A DNA stretch of 64,000 nt from assembly GCF_009914755.1 (NCBI RefSeq), contig NC_060933.1; one strand, given 5' to 3'. Made by a program: the position numbers and the translations under genes. Below the pieces are notes generated by a model. The model worked only from the letters and a program-made list of their open reading frames with translations. It searched no databases and had not been told where the DNA came from. This DNA is from the human T2T-CHM13v2.0 reference genome, Homo sapiens. Every line of letters begins with the position of its first letter. Within the stretch, counting starts at the first letter, position 1. Shown here piece after piece: positions 1 to 12,591 of the stretch.

Positions 1-1835
1 CTGGAATAGTTCACATTTCAACTTATTATTTTAGAGTTGTCAAGACACAATCTAATTCTAATAGGAAAATATCTGCTGGCTTCAAACAGCACTTAAACAC
101 AAAGAAGGAAAGTTAGAAGTCAAGAAGAATCATTCTGAGATAAAGGCTGAGTAGAGCACAAGATGAGAAATCAACTAGAGACCTTATCAGGATGCAGTGC
201 TGCACTTTGCTGCATTATCACTGACTGTAACCTCTCTTCCAGCTCACAGGCAACCCTCGACTTCTCTGGGACTAAGTGGTTGCTTTAAAAAGTTCTTGTG
301 TCATATTTACGTTTTCCTACGACCCTTATCAGAAGCATGACGTACTAAAGTTACATAATTTGCACTCTCCAATTTACCCACCCAACTACACAACCCAAGA
401 GAGATAATCAGAAATGTAAAATGCCGAATTCATTAAAAAAATGAGATTGATGAGGATTTTAAATGGACCAGTTAGTTGATTGTTAATGGCATAGCCATAG
501 GTAAATGGCATCAAAACTATACTCCTGATAACTATAAAAGGAGTAAAACAGAGTTACTTTTCCAAACAACTTCTTTAATAAAATTATAATAAGTTCCTAA
601 TTTTAAAATAAGTTGTGTTACAAAAATAAATACATTTCTTCATGAAGCTGTATTTCTCCCATAGAATACTCTAAGTGGCATTTCATTTCCAAAGCTGGCT
701 CAATACCCACTTAAACCATAATCTATTGACATATATATGATAAGGAATGAAATATGGTAAAAGTACTTGCAATGCTTCAAATGCATATTCATAATTCAAG
801 TAAAAGGACAGCAGCCTAGCAAAACAGAACTCAAAAAATGGGGTCCACATCACCCAGAATAGTCACACAATTATATACATGGGCAACTTTCTCATAATAG
901 GAACAATAGCTTTTCTTAGGTTCTCAAAGTGGTTGTTCATGTATCCAATAAAGAAAACTGTGCCACAAAAAAACCACCTGCTTCCTACAAAGCCCTCAGG
1001 TAGAGTTTATCAGTGATATAAGGCATCTTGATGGGTTATGGTCTACAAATGCATATAGAAAATAACTTCATAAATAGAAAACTGCACAAAAACCTTCCAG
1101 AGAAACTAAGTGAAGATGATCCTGGAGAAAAGAACACATCTCAAAATAGATGGGGTGTGAAGTGCCCACATAATATGACACATAAGTTCATGTGCAGTAG
1201 GAGCTGATGATCCCAGTGACACTCATTGTCAAATAGATTTTGACCAATCAATAGTGTTTGTACAGCTGACCCAGCTTCAGAAGCAAACACACCAAATGTT
1301 TATGTTTCCAAGAGGTACCACTTAAAATTCTTTCCCATACTAGTCAAATCACAAGGGCAAAAGTTTACAACACTTTTGCTACCATTACTTTAAAAAGGAA
1401 AATCCATCTTTTATCAACATAAAATTCAAACAAACAAAAATGTCTATTTAAATGACCCAAACATGTAGTATGAGTGAAGATACCTTTTTTAATAATTGTG
1501 ATCAAGAAAATTTGGATTTCTTTTTATATAATTTTTAATGTGACTTGCAACTTAACCCAAAAGTTTCTATAACTGATATAACACAGTTCAAATATTATTC
1601 TTTTCTTAAATGAGAGTTTATTGCTTGTTTGTTTTGGGGTTTTGTCATAATTAAATTTGAGCTGCATAGATCTTAAGGCTGTTTTAATAAATAGTGTAAT
1701 TTCAAACTTAAGCCTATCTAAAATATTATTGTCTACCTGTTCATCTCAACACATGAATCCACAGCTAAGCCATTAAGGTACATCATTTCTTTTACCTCTC
1801 CCAAAACCTTATACTTTTTAACACATGAGGAACTA

Positions 1836-1871
1836 GTTTGTTTGTTTTTTTTTTTGTTGTTGTTGTTTTTT
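1836..1871. repeat. T-rich low-complexity (TTTG)n/(TTG)n tract
   Basis: gtttgtttgtttttttttttgttgttgttgtttttt, about 35 nt into intron 4. Confidence 0.85.
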
Positions 1872-1906
1872 AATAGGAATGCTTTTCACAAGAGAGTGCC
1901 ACTTAC

Positions 1907-2050
1907 CCCTCCTGCCTTCAGCAACTTTCTCCTAAAGTCCTCTGTGGGGTTGTTGAAAGTTAGCTTTTCACAGCGGAGGTGATTCACTGGTGGATGGCCT
2001 TCAAGATGCAGGAATAAGTCATAATCAAAGCGGACTTTCCTAGGTTCTTC
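1907..2050 (-). CDS. MLLT3: MLLT3/AF9 coding exon 4, C-terminal part of YEATS domain ([48 protein letters not shown], ~aa 93-140)
   Basis: 48 open codons recognised as AF9 YEATS. Acceptor ...gttaacctccag|GAA (AG at 2052-2051) has an upstream pyrimidine tract. Donor GGG|gtaagt lies at 1906-1901. Phase 0 at both ends. Confidence 0.97.
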
Positions 2051-2289
2051 CTGGAGGTTAACAAAAATTATGAAAGAAAAAAGAGAGTGAGGCATAAGTG
2101 AAATTTTAAAAGCAAAAATTTACTCCTCATAAGAAATAGAAAAGAACTAAGACATCTAACAGCTAAACTGTCAAAGTAGTACTGGGAAAAAAAAAAGTAT
2201 CATGGAATCATCAGTGAAACAAAATAGAAATGTCTGACAAATTAGTTTCTTGTGTTAGGGGAAATGAAATAAGAAAAACTTCTCTTCTT

Positions 2290-3105
2290 CCCCATGATCT
2301 TTCAGGTGACAGGATACCAGCAACATAGCCACCCAACTAGAAACCAAGCACATTCCTTCCTCTTCCCCACCCCAGTACACTCACCATCAAAGGCTGCCAT
2401 TTTCTCCATAAATATTTCTTCAACAAGCCCTCTAACTCTTACTACTAGGCTTTTACTCATGGCCCAAACTATAAACTCTCTACTTTGGGATATATTCTCT
2501 TCAATTCCTCCTCCATTCAGGCCTTAAGATTATCTATATGAAATAAAAATCTAGCCATTTTCACTTCCTAGTTAAAATTTCAACAGCTTCCAATAGCCAT
2601 TGGGCTAAAAATCCTAATCTCACTTGAATGTCACATAAGGGCCTTCATAATCTGGCTCTTGGCTTCATATTCCACCATTCCCCTTCTGTCCATCTGATGG
2701 CCTAGCAACATCCCATTACTGGTTGCTTCCCAGTACCTACTGTGTTCTAGGTTACCTCTGGTTTCATTCTTGCTTTGCATTACTACCTTCACTGCCTACC
2801 TCCATTTCTCTACCTACTGCTTTACCTAGATAACTTCTCACCATTCCTAACTCAAGATTTCACTTTTGGAAAACCTCCCCTTAACTCCCGACTCCCCACT
2901 GCCTCTCCTCTACTATGTATGCATCTTTCTCTCACCCTTGCCACGTCTTAGAATAATTGCCTTCTTATTATCACCATTTACCCTGCTGGATCAGAAGACT
3001 GTTGAAAGTAGGATCAATGTTTGAATCATCATTGTGCCCTCAAAGACTAGTTTATGCCTATACACAGTAGAAATGCAGTGAGTATCTGTGAGATTAATAA
3101 GAATG
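2290..3105 (+). mobile_element. Degenerate L2 LINE 3' region
   Basis: Pyrimidine-rich body ending in an L2-like terminus (...cacagtagaaatgcagtgagtatctgtgagattaataagaatg). Confidence 0.5.
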
Positions 3106-3539
3106 GAATTTTTCTGAATAAATAACTAGGACAAAATAGCATCCTATGCAAAAGAATACAATAATTAGAATTTCCGATACCCAGGTTCAACTCTCAAGCT
3201 GTTACTTAAGTTGACTGAACATTTATCCCTCTCTACACATTGATCTTTAGCCACGCAAGGTGAAAATACAGACTCAAGATAATAATGACATCTCATTTAA
3301 TTCTCGCTGCTCTCTTTGGGGCAGGTGTGAGCCTTGTTTTATTGTTATATTACTAATAAATGATGAAACAAAATAATTTGAATCCATTTCTTTTGACTCA
3401 AGGGTCTTTGCACCTGAAACTCTCCGAATATAGGAATTAACTACTCAAAATTCATGGTTTCCACCTCCTCACCAAACTTCCCAAATCATAATCTCCACTC
3501 ATTTCCTCAGTACCCCTTCACTTCCACTACAATCTGACA

Positions 3540-4590
3540 TGAAATCTACTTTTCCTCTCTCTTATCAGGATGCCATTCTCTCCTGGTTTTCCTCATAGTT
3601 TACTGGCTATTCCTTCTCAATCTTCTTCAAGGACTTTCTTCTCTTTCTTCACTGACCTTAAATGTCCTTTACCTTTCTGCAAAGTTTCCCAAGGAGATGA
3701 CACCCATTCACAAGGAGTCAGTTCCACCTGTGTGACAGTGACTCCCCCAAGTGTATCTCCAACCCAGCTCTCACTGACTGCCATATACATGTGTCCACAG
3801 GTTGACTTACGGCAGCATCCAATTCATGCATTATGTTAAACTAAAGTTACCTTCATATGTGTCTTTTGTCCTATCCTCTGTTATCTTGGAATACAGCAAT
3901 TCTAACTGCTTGCCAAGGTTAAATTACACAAAAATCATTCCCAACTGTTACTTCTTCCTCACTCACTACAGTCAAATTTTCTCTAAGTTCTATTTAGTAT
4001 TCGTCCTTATGAACTTTCAGATCTACCTATCCTTTCCTCTAAGGCCTACTGTCCTAGCTTAGACCACCACCATTCTTCATTTGATGTCCTCCCTGATTTT
4101 GAACTTACCTCATTCTACTTCCCACAGTGACCAGAGAGTGATCTTTCTAACACAAAAATCAGATTACAGCTTTCCACTGATATAAAAGCCTTTAATGGTT
4201 CATCATTTTCTGCAGTAAAATCCCACTTCCTTGGAATAACCATTGCAGTCTCTTACTACCTTTCCTATATTTCTTTTGATTTCTTACTATACTGTTTTTC
4301 CACAACTTTGAAGCATCTGCAGTTCCCCAATACTTCACATTAACTCATTCATTTGGCCTTTCACAAGTAGTGCTCCCCACACCTGAAATGTCCTCCCTCC
4401 CAGCATAGCTTCCCCTCTATTGCCTAGTTAATGCAAACTCATTATTCAAGACCCAGCTAAAGCATTAATTCCTCTGAAAGTCTTTCTTACTCTCCCAATA
4501 TAATCTGAATTAGATGTCCCTCATGGCATTCCTCTATTAATGTAATTATCACATTTAGTTATGATTTTTTATTTATCTGTCTATCCTCTA
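3540..4590 (+). mobile_element. Degenerate L2 LINE fragment
   Basis: L2-like segments such as cacagtgaccagagagtgatctttctaacacaaaaatcagatta and attcaagacccagctaaagcatt. Confidence 0.5.
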
Positions 4591-4649
4591 AGTTATAAAA
4601 CAGAAGATGTAACTTTAGAATTAATTTTAAAAGGAGGGCAGTTTTCTGC

Positions 4650-4870
4650 CATGTAACTGGGAGCATAAACTGGTAAAGCCTTTTTGGTAGACATCTTGGC
4701 AATATCTATCAACATACCAAATATATATAATGTTTGACCCAGTAATTCTACCTCTAAGAATCTCTTCCATAGAAATATTCAGATATAAGTACAAAAATAT
4801 ACTATTAAATGTTCATGGTAGCATTGCTTAGAATAGCAAGAAACTAAGAATGATCATCATTACCACATAA
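4650..4870 (+). mobile_element. Old L1 (L1ME-like) fragment
   Basis: taaactggtaaagcctttttgg...tttgacccagtaattctacctctaagaat resembles the L1 ORF2 end / 3' UTR. Confidence 0.5.
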
Positions 4871-5976
4871 CACCATTCAGGTGTTTAAAAATACTGACTT
4901 TGAAAGGCATATTGCTAACTGAATTAAAGGCAAGTCACAGAAAAATATTAAATCATGCCCCTGCCAATCTCTACGCTGACACACATTTTATCTATGCAAA
5001 TACATGGAGGGAAATCTGGGAAGACTGTACCAAATAGTCAACAATCATTAAATGTAGTCAAAAGACTAAAACTCCTAAGTTCTATTCCATATACTTTTAC
5101 TAGGAAAATATATACTCCTATACACTTTCTTAAAGAGAAAAACATATTGAAGAATACACATTAATTACCAGCATAAAAAGAATGAGGTAATATCAACATC
5201 ACTTTATAGTCTACAACAGTCTAAAACAGAACAAAAAACATCACTTTTCAATAAAACCAATGGTAAGCACCACAGAAAATGACTCTCTGAATCCTGAGTA
5301 TGATTTTTTTAAAGATTTTTTTTAAGTAAGAAAAAAGTACTCATCAACTTGTGCTCTGGCCAACTGAATATCTTCTCTTAGAAGGCAGACATCGACATTA
5401 TGTCAGTCTGTGCTCCTTAGAAAACATTCTTCTTCAAAGTTCAAATGAGAAAGCATGTGCTTGCTCTCTATATATAAATAATACATTTCCTAGAGGTGGA
5501 AATTTGTTTTTGGCAATATCAAGTTACCCTCTCTCACTCTGCAGAAGCTTCAGTACTTGACATTTACTCTCTCTTTTCTGAGATCAGACTGAAAGAAAGA
5601 AGCCTGCGATCCTTTCAAACATAAATTGATTATGTTTCAGTGTCCCTGTTGGTTTAGAGTTTCTGAAACACACAATTCTCACAAATAGGGTTGTTTTGTT
5701 GAGCACAAATACAAAATAAGACAGCATTAACATATACAAACTCAAGAGAAGTACTGACACTCTACCACCCCTCTTGACCCTGACAGCTCAAATAAATGAG
5801 CAGAACTGAAGACGAGCTCATTAGAGAAGCAGGAAAAACACAGGATGGGGATGTGACCAAGGACAGGATATCTTTAATACGTGGAATTAAGACTCTTCCA
5901 TCATTACCTGGAATTATTTTTTCTGCTTTCCCTCATTCCTGTGAAAACTCTGAACAACACTTTTTCATAAACCATT

Positions 5977-6330
5977 TGATATGGTTTGGCTGTGCCTCCA
6001 CCCAAATCTCATCTTGAATTGTGGTTCCCATAATCCCCACGTGTCTTGGGAGGTAATTAGATTATGGGGGTGTTCCCTCATGCTGTTCTCATGATAGTAA
6101 GTGAGTTCTCACAAGATCTGATGGTTTTATAAGGGGCTTTTCCCCACTTTGCCTGCATTTTTCTCTCCTGCCACCTTGTGAAGAAAGACGTGTTTGCTTC
6201 CCCTTCTGCTATGACTGTAAGTTTCTTGAGGCCTTCCCAGCCATGCAGAACTGTGAGTCAATTAAACCTATTTCCTTTATAAATTACCCAGTCTCGGGTA
6301 TTAATAACAATGTGAGAAGGGACTAATATG
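5977..6330 (+). mobile_element. THE1 (THE1C/D-like) MaLR solo LTR
   Basis: Starts tgatatggtttggctgtg and contains gaactgtgagtcaattaaacc...aaattacccagtctcgggta. Perfect 5-bp TSD ccatt at 5972-5976 and 6331-6335. Confidence 0.92.
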
Positions 6331-6504
6331 CCATTACTATAATGGATGTTTATTCTTCAAGACAGAGTTGTATAAACTCCAGGGATAAATAAAATAATAA
6401 ATACGCAAAAGAAAGAAATGAACACTCTGAAGCAAGAGCCTAGACCTATTAAATTTTTACCAATGGATCATTTCAGTAACATGAAAAATAAAAAATATAT
6501 CCAG

Positions 6505-6830
6505 CTGGACCTTGGGGAATAAGCCAGACTCAGAAAGATGAGTACTGTCTAAGTCCACTTACATGAGATATCTAAAACAGATATCATGTAAGATTTTAAA
6601 TTCATAAAATCAGAGACTGGAACGGTGGTTACCATGGGCTGGGGAGAGAGGAAAATGAATTGTCAATCAATAGGCATTAAGTTTCAATTAAGTAAGATGA
6701 ATAAGCTCTAGAGATCTGCTGTGCATTGCAACTATAGTCAACAATAAGGTATTGTACACTTAATACACTTAAAATTTGTTAAGAAACTATATCTCACATT
6801 AGGTGCTCTTACAAGTTAAATTAGAAAAAA
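6505..6830 (+). mobile_element. L1M (L1MB-like) 3' UTR fragment
   Basis: aataagccagactcagaaagatgagtactgt...gatgaataagctctagagatctgctg with an A-rich end. Confidence 0.7.
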
Positions 6831-7062
6831 TAAAGAAACAAATATACCTAGCTCAGAGACCTAGATCAGACTATAGCAAATATTTGGTTTCTAAGACATC
6901 CTAAGAAAACAAAAAAGTGGCAAAGCAATAATTCCTTTTTTAATTAAGAAATTAGTAACATATAGAAAAGTACTTAAAAATGCTATATCCATGTGCCTTC
7001 TACTGAGATTAAACAGATAACACTTCCAGAGATATGCTTTATCTTTTAAAGAAATAAAATTT

Positions 7063-7402
<340 letters not shown>

Positions 7403-8016
7403 CTAATGCCCTTAAGTTCCTGTGTTGTCATTCCAACATATGCTCTTATACTAAATACATACCTCTCCAGAACACCATTACTCATTTCAATAATTTCTTT
7501 AAAAAATACACAAATGATATAACCATGCACATATATTTCTGCAACTTTTAAGTCATCATTTTTTGAGATTTACTCATGTTGCCACATTAAGTACTGTACA
7601 GAATTCTATGGATTACATAATTACCATTTATTAATCCACATCTCTACATAGGGCCAATTAGGTGTATCCTACTTTTCTATATTACAAACACTGAAATATA
7701 TATGTATTATTGTGTACATGTGAAAACAGCAATCATTATTATGTATGAAATTTTAAAGAAAGCCTAAAACTAGAAAATAGAAATAAGCTAATCTATATAC
7801 TAAACAGAAAATCTACGATGTTCCAAATGTGTCTATTTTATAATGGCCACAAAGGAAGAGATGTTTTTCATCTCATATGCTGCTTTCTTCCTTTATATTT
7901 TAAGAAAATAAAATCCCTCACAAAATGAATATATGTTTTACAGTCATAATGACTACCCAATGTGCCTTCATTATATCTTGCTTTTACTCTGTTCCATGAA
8001 TTTCAAGAAGACTGAA

Positions 8017-8070
8017 GTGTGTGTGTGTGTGTGTGTGTGCACACGCATGCGTGTGTGTGCGTGCGCGTAT
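8017..8070. repeat. (TG)n compound microsatellite
   Basis: (gt)12 followed by cacacgcatgcgtgtgtgtgcgtgcgcgtat. Confidence 0.92.
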
Positions 8071-8624
8071 GGTAGGGAGTGATACTTGCTGCCTCTTCAT
8101 CCTTTACTTGTTTTCTTCTTAAATCTGGCATATGGGGAAATTCCAGTTATTTTTGTAAAGCAGGAAACTGAGCAATTCATAAAACAGATTCCTCTGTTCA
8201 ACTCCGAGCTTGTACAAATGACCAGAAGAGTTAAAAACAAGAAAAGAGAGAAGATACTTCATTGCATCATTATTTCAAAACTGAAGTCAATGCAATGTCA
8301 AACTAACTTTGCTGGTGGGAAGACAGTGATATAATCATAACCATTATGGTCTTCTCATAAGAGATCATAATTGCCTATTCTTTAATTTCTTTGAGTTAAG
8401 AACTTTGCTGGCTTGAAGGGCTAGATTATTCCTATGGTGTAGCCCGATCCCTAGATGAAATTAAAACACTGGCTATGAGGATGTGACAAGAGGGAAGAAA
8501 AGCACCATATGATCTTCATCACTTAAACTTCTAAGATATTAAAAGGGTAGTGGGGAATATGGGAGATAGAGACAGGCTCTAAATTCCTTCCCACAAACAT
8601 ACCACTTAAATTAAAAATACACTG

Positions 8625-8825
8625 AAAAGTGAGCAAAATGAGATATGAACAGTCACTTCTCCAAAAAAAATACAAATGAACAACGAGCACATGAAAAGAT
8701 GTTCAAACTCATAAATCATCAAAGAAATGCACATAAAACCAAAATGAGGTATACTTCACATCTACTAGGATGACTATAATAGAAAATAACAAGTAACAAG
8801 TATTGGAGAAATTGGTAGTGAAGGA
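8625..8825 (+). mobile_element. L1 ORF2 remnant
   Basis: cacatgaaaagatgttcaaactcataaatcatcaaagaaatgcacataaaaccaaaatgaggtatac, the typical L1 ORF2 C-terminal segment. Confidence 0.7.
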
Positions 8826-9203
8826 AAAACAGAAGAAATAAAAGAAAGCCAAAAACCATTTTCTTAAGGGAAATTGAACTTGAAATGAGAAAAATGAGCA
8901 CTTCAATATGAAAGTATATCACGTCAACAGACATAAATACATCTCGACAAATTTGATTTGATGACAAATATGTCAACGATTCAGTGGTATCACCACTAAG
9001 AAAGATAATCATTATTCTAGCAAAGAGTTGTTGCTAGAAGGCACAGAAATTAGGAGCATAGCCAATGGAGAGAAAGACCTAGATCACGAATCTGGTTTTA
9101 ACACTTTCTAACTGCTGAATTGAGGACTGAGACTGCTATAAGTTAAAAAGGCCAGTGTGACACTGTTCCAGTGGAAGGGATTGCACATTAAGGAGTGGCT
9201 TAT

Positions 9204-9379
9204 CAGTGGTTCTCTTACTTACTGAGCATCAGAAGGACTAGCAAATATGCAGATTCCTAGGCCCTGCCTCCAGAGATTCTGATTTGATACATCTGGGTAG
9301 AATTTGAGAATCTCATTTCTAACCTGCCCTTAGGGTAATGCTAATGCTATCCAAAGAACCATATTTTACTGAGCACTGG
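9204..9379. mobile_element. MER5-family hAT-Charlie MITE
   Basis: cagtggttctc...gagcactg termini; internal atgcagattcctaggccctgcctccagagattctgatt. Confidence 0.7.
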
Positions 9380-9499
9380 TTTGGATAACATGACATTCTA
9401 TTTGCGTAGTTCCTTAAAAGAAAAAAAAAGCCAATTACCTGACTTTTCAGCAGGTTTTAGAAATTATGATATCTCTGGAGGAAAAATAAGGAATATGAT

Positions 9500-9680
9500 A
9501 TAATAATTAGCATTTTGAAGTGCTTATCTATAAGTTACTATTCTAAGTACTTTGCATAAGTTTATTTTATCTAATCCTACTAACCACCTTATGAGGTAAG
9601 TACTCTTATCTCCTCATTTCATAAATAAGGAAAGTAAGCCCCACAGAGGTTGACCAATTTGTCTGGTATTATACAGTCTG
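9500..9680 (-). mobile_element. MIR SINE
   Basis: MIR core taatcctactaaccaccttatgaggtaagtactcttatctcctcatttcataaataaggaaa. Confidence 0.7.
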
Positions 9681-9711
9681 TGTGTTATGCCACATATGTA
9701 CTGCTAAAAAC

Positions 9712-10098
<387 letters not shown>

Positions 10099-10487
10099 CT
10101 AAAGATAAAATGAGAGTATTCTTTGCAAGCCTCAAAAAAATTCTACAGACATGAAAATGAGAAAAGAAGCATTTTACTGAAAAACTATAATTCTTCTTTT
10201 CTATTTTACAAACATATTTATCTTTTCCAAAATGGTAATCACTCCTCTCTTTAAAGGAACACTTAATGAATTTCACATAATCTGACTTCATATAATTAAA
10301 ATTATCTTCTTCTAGCCACTTCCTTGATAATTAAGGGTAATGATAGCCAAAATTCCTAGAAGACAAATTTAACTTTTATTTTAAAATCATCTAGTGACAG
10401 AAGTGCTTATGAGTCAAAATTATTTTAAACATCATTTGGCTAATGGTGGATCGTCTACTGAAAGATTAATGGGTAAAGATTACATAC

Positions 10488-10570
10488 CTTGTTTTTAAAA
10501 TAAACTTCAATTGGCAAAATGAAACCAGCATACCCAGATTCTTCTACTTTGTAAGGTGGATCTTTGCACA
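10488..10570 (-). CDS. MLLT3: MLLT3/AF9 coding exon 3, YEATS domain ((V)[27 protein letters not shown], ~aa 65-92)
   Basis: Manual translation of the - strand gives the YEATS GYAGF motif. Acceptor ttttcttttttaatgttgcag|TG and donor AAG|gtatgt. 83 nt = 2 + 27 codons, ending in phase 0 and joining exon 4 in frame (KNK|EEP). Confidence 0.96.
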
Positions 10571-11022
10571 CTGCAACATTAAAAAAGAAAATAGGTAAGA
10601 TGAGAATAATAGACAAAAAGACATTCTTCTTTTAAAAAAAAAAATCCCATTCTACCATCTAGATCACACGCAATTTTCATAGCCCCTTGCCAAACTCCCA
10701 GTTGAGTCTCCGATCTATCCTTTATTTCTTCTCCAGAAACTATAACAATAATTGCTCTTATGTAAAGCAGATATGTAAGTCATTTATTCAAATCTTGGTG
10801 GAGAATAGCTCATCACAGTCAACCATGATTATTAATGAGTGAACTTCACTTGTTATTACCCTGCCCAAAAGCTTTAGGGAAACTGATGATTGCTCCCTAT
10901 GACCCAAAGTTTGAAAAGAACTGTAAGCTTCCTAACAAGAGTATTATCTGCATCTAGTCTTTGATGCAAATCACTCCCCACCTTAACTTCTGACTTGTCT
11001 GAGATGTCCTGACAAGGACATC

Positions 11023-11508
<486 letters not shown>

Positions 11509-12259
11509 TAAGGCTTTTATTTCTCATGGAGTTAAAAGGAAGCAAGACTATTAGGCAAGCTCTTGGGGAATGAGAGACCCTAAGAAGCCAAACAGGATTT
11601 CATTCCACTAAAATTTCAATTAAACGAAAATCAGTCACAAGCCAACTGAAACCATTCTAGTTAAGACTGCATTTTGGTGGTATCACAAAGTAAACATGTA
11701 CATGCCAAATATCAAGGCCACACACACTGATGCCCTGAGTCCTCTTCAGCAGCCCCAGTTTACCTGTCCTTTTGTCACCTACCAAAACCCCTCTGCTTCA
11801 TTCCAATGCATTTCCCCCAAATGTGCCCAGCATTTCCCACCAGTGCCTGGTCCTCCTTCTATCCCTTCCACCACACCTTGAAGCTACTCTTAGTATCCTC
11901 TGCAAGTTCAAATTCTACTTTCTTCACAAGATCTTTCTAGACCACAAAGCATTACCATCTCTTTTCCTTTTATCCTCCCAAAAAGTTAACTGCCTGAATC
12001 AGTACCTTGACACTGAACAGAGTTCCTTATGACCATATTTTGAAGGATCTTGTCTGCTAATTTCCTTTCACTTCTCAAGGACAGGAAGCACATTCACCTC
12101 AAGAAGATAGAGTGTCAAGGGCTCAGGCGACAGCAGCCCAGAATACTTGGGTACCAATCCATGATCCTCCTCAGACTAGGCGAGCTACCTCTGCAAAATT
12201 ATTTCATCTTAGATCTCTGGGTTCCTCTTCTAGACAATCTGAAGACTAAACAAGGTGAC

Positions 12260-12591
12260 CGTTACGAACTGAATGTTTGTATTCCCCTAAACCTCGTAAA
12301 CTGAAATCCTATCAGGAGGTAGGAACTTTTGAAGGTGATTAGGTCATGAAGGTGGAAACCTCATGAATGGGATTAGCACCCTAGAGAGCTCTCTTGCCCC
12401 TTCCTCTATGTGAGGACATGGTGAGAAGATAGCAGTCTGCAACTCTGAGGAGGGCCCCCACCAGAATCCCACCATGCTGGCACTCTGATCTGGGACTTTC
12501 AGTCTCCAGAACTGTGAGAAATCCATTTGTGTTGTTTATAAGCCATCCAGTGGATGGTACTTTGTTAAAGCATCCTGAATGGGTAAGCACA
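12260..12591 (+). mobile_element. MLT1A-like MaLR LTR
   Basis: aggtgattaggtcatgaaggtgga...ctccagaactgtgagaaat...gttgtttataagcca. Confidence 0.8.

Noticed and set aside
1-1906. KMT2A-MLLT3 translocation breakpoint or fusion junction
   Set aside because: MLLT3 breakpoints generally fall downstream of the YEATS exons, but I see no foreign sequence or junction here.
1886-2095. 69-aa ORF as a stand-alone gene
   Set aside because: Only 1907-2050 is exonic; the flanking residues are read-through of intron beyond canonical splice sites.
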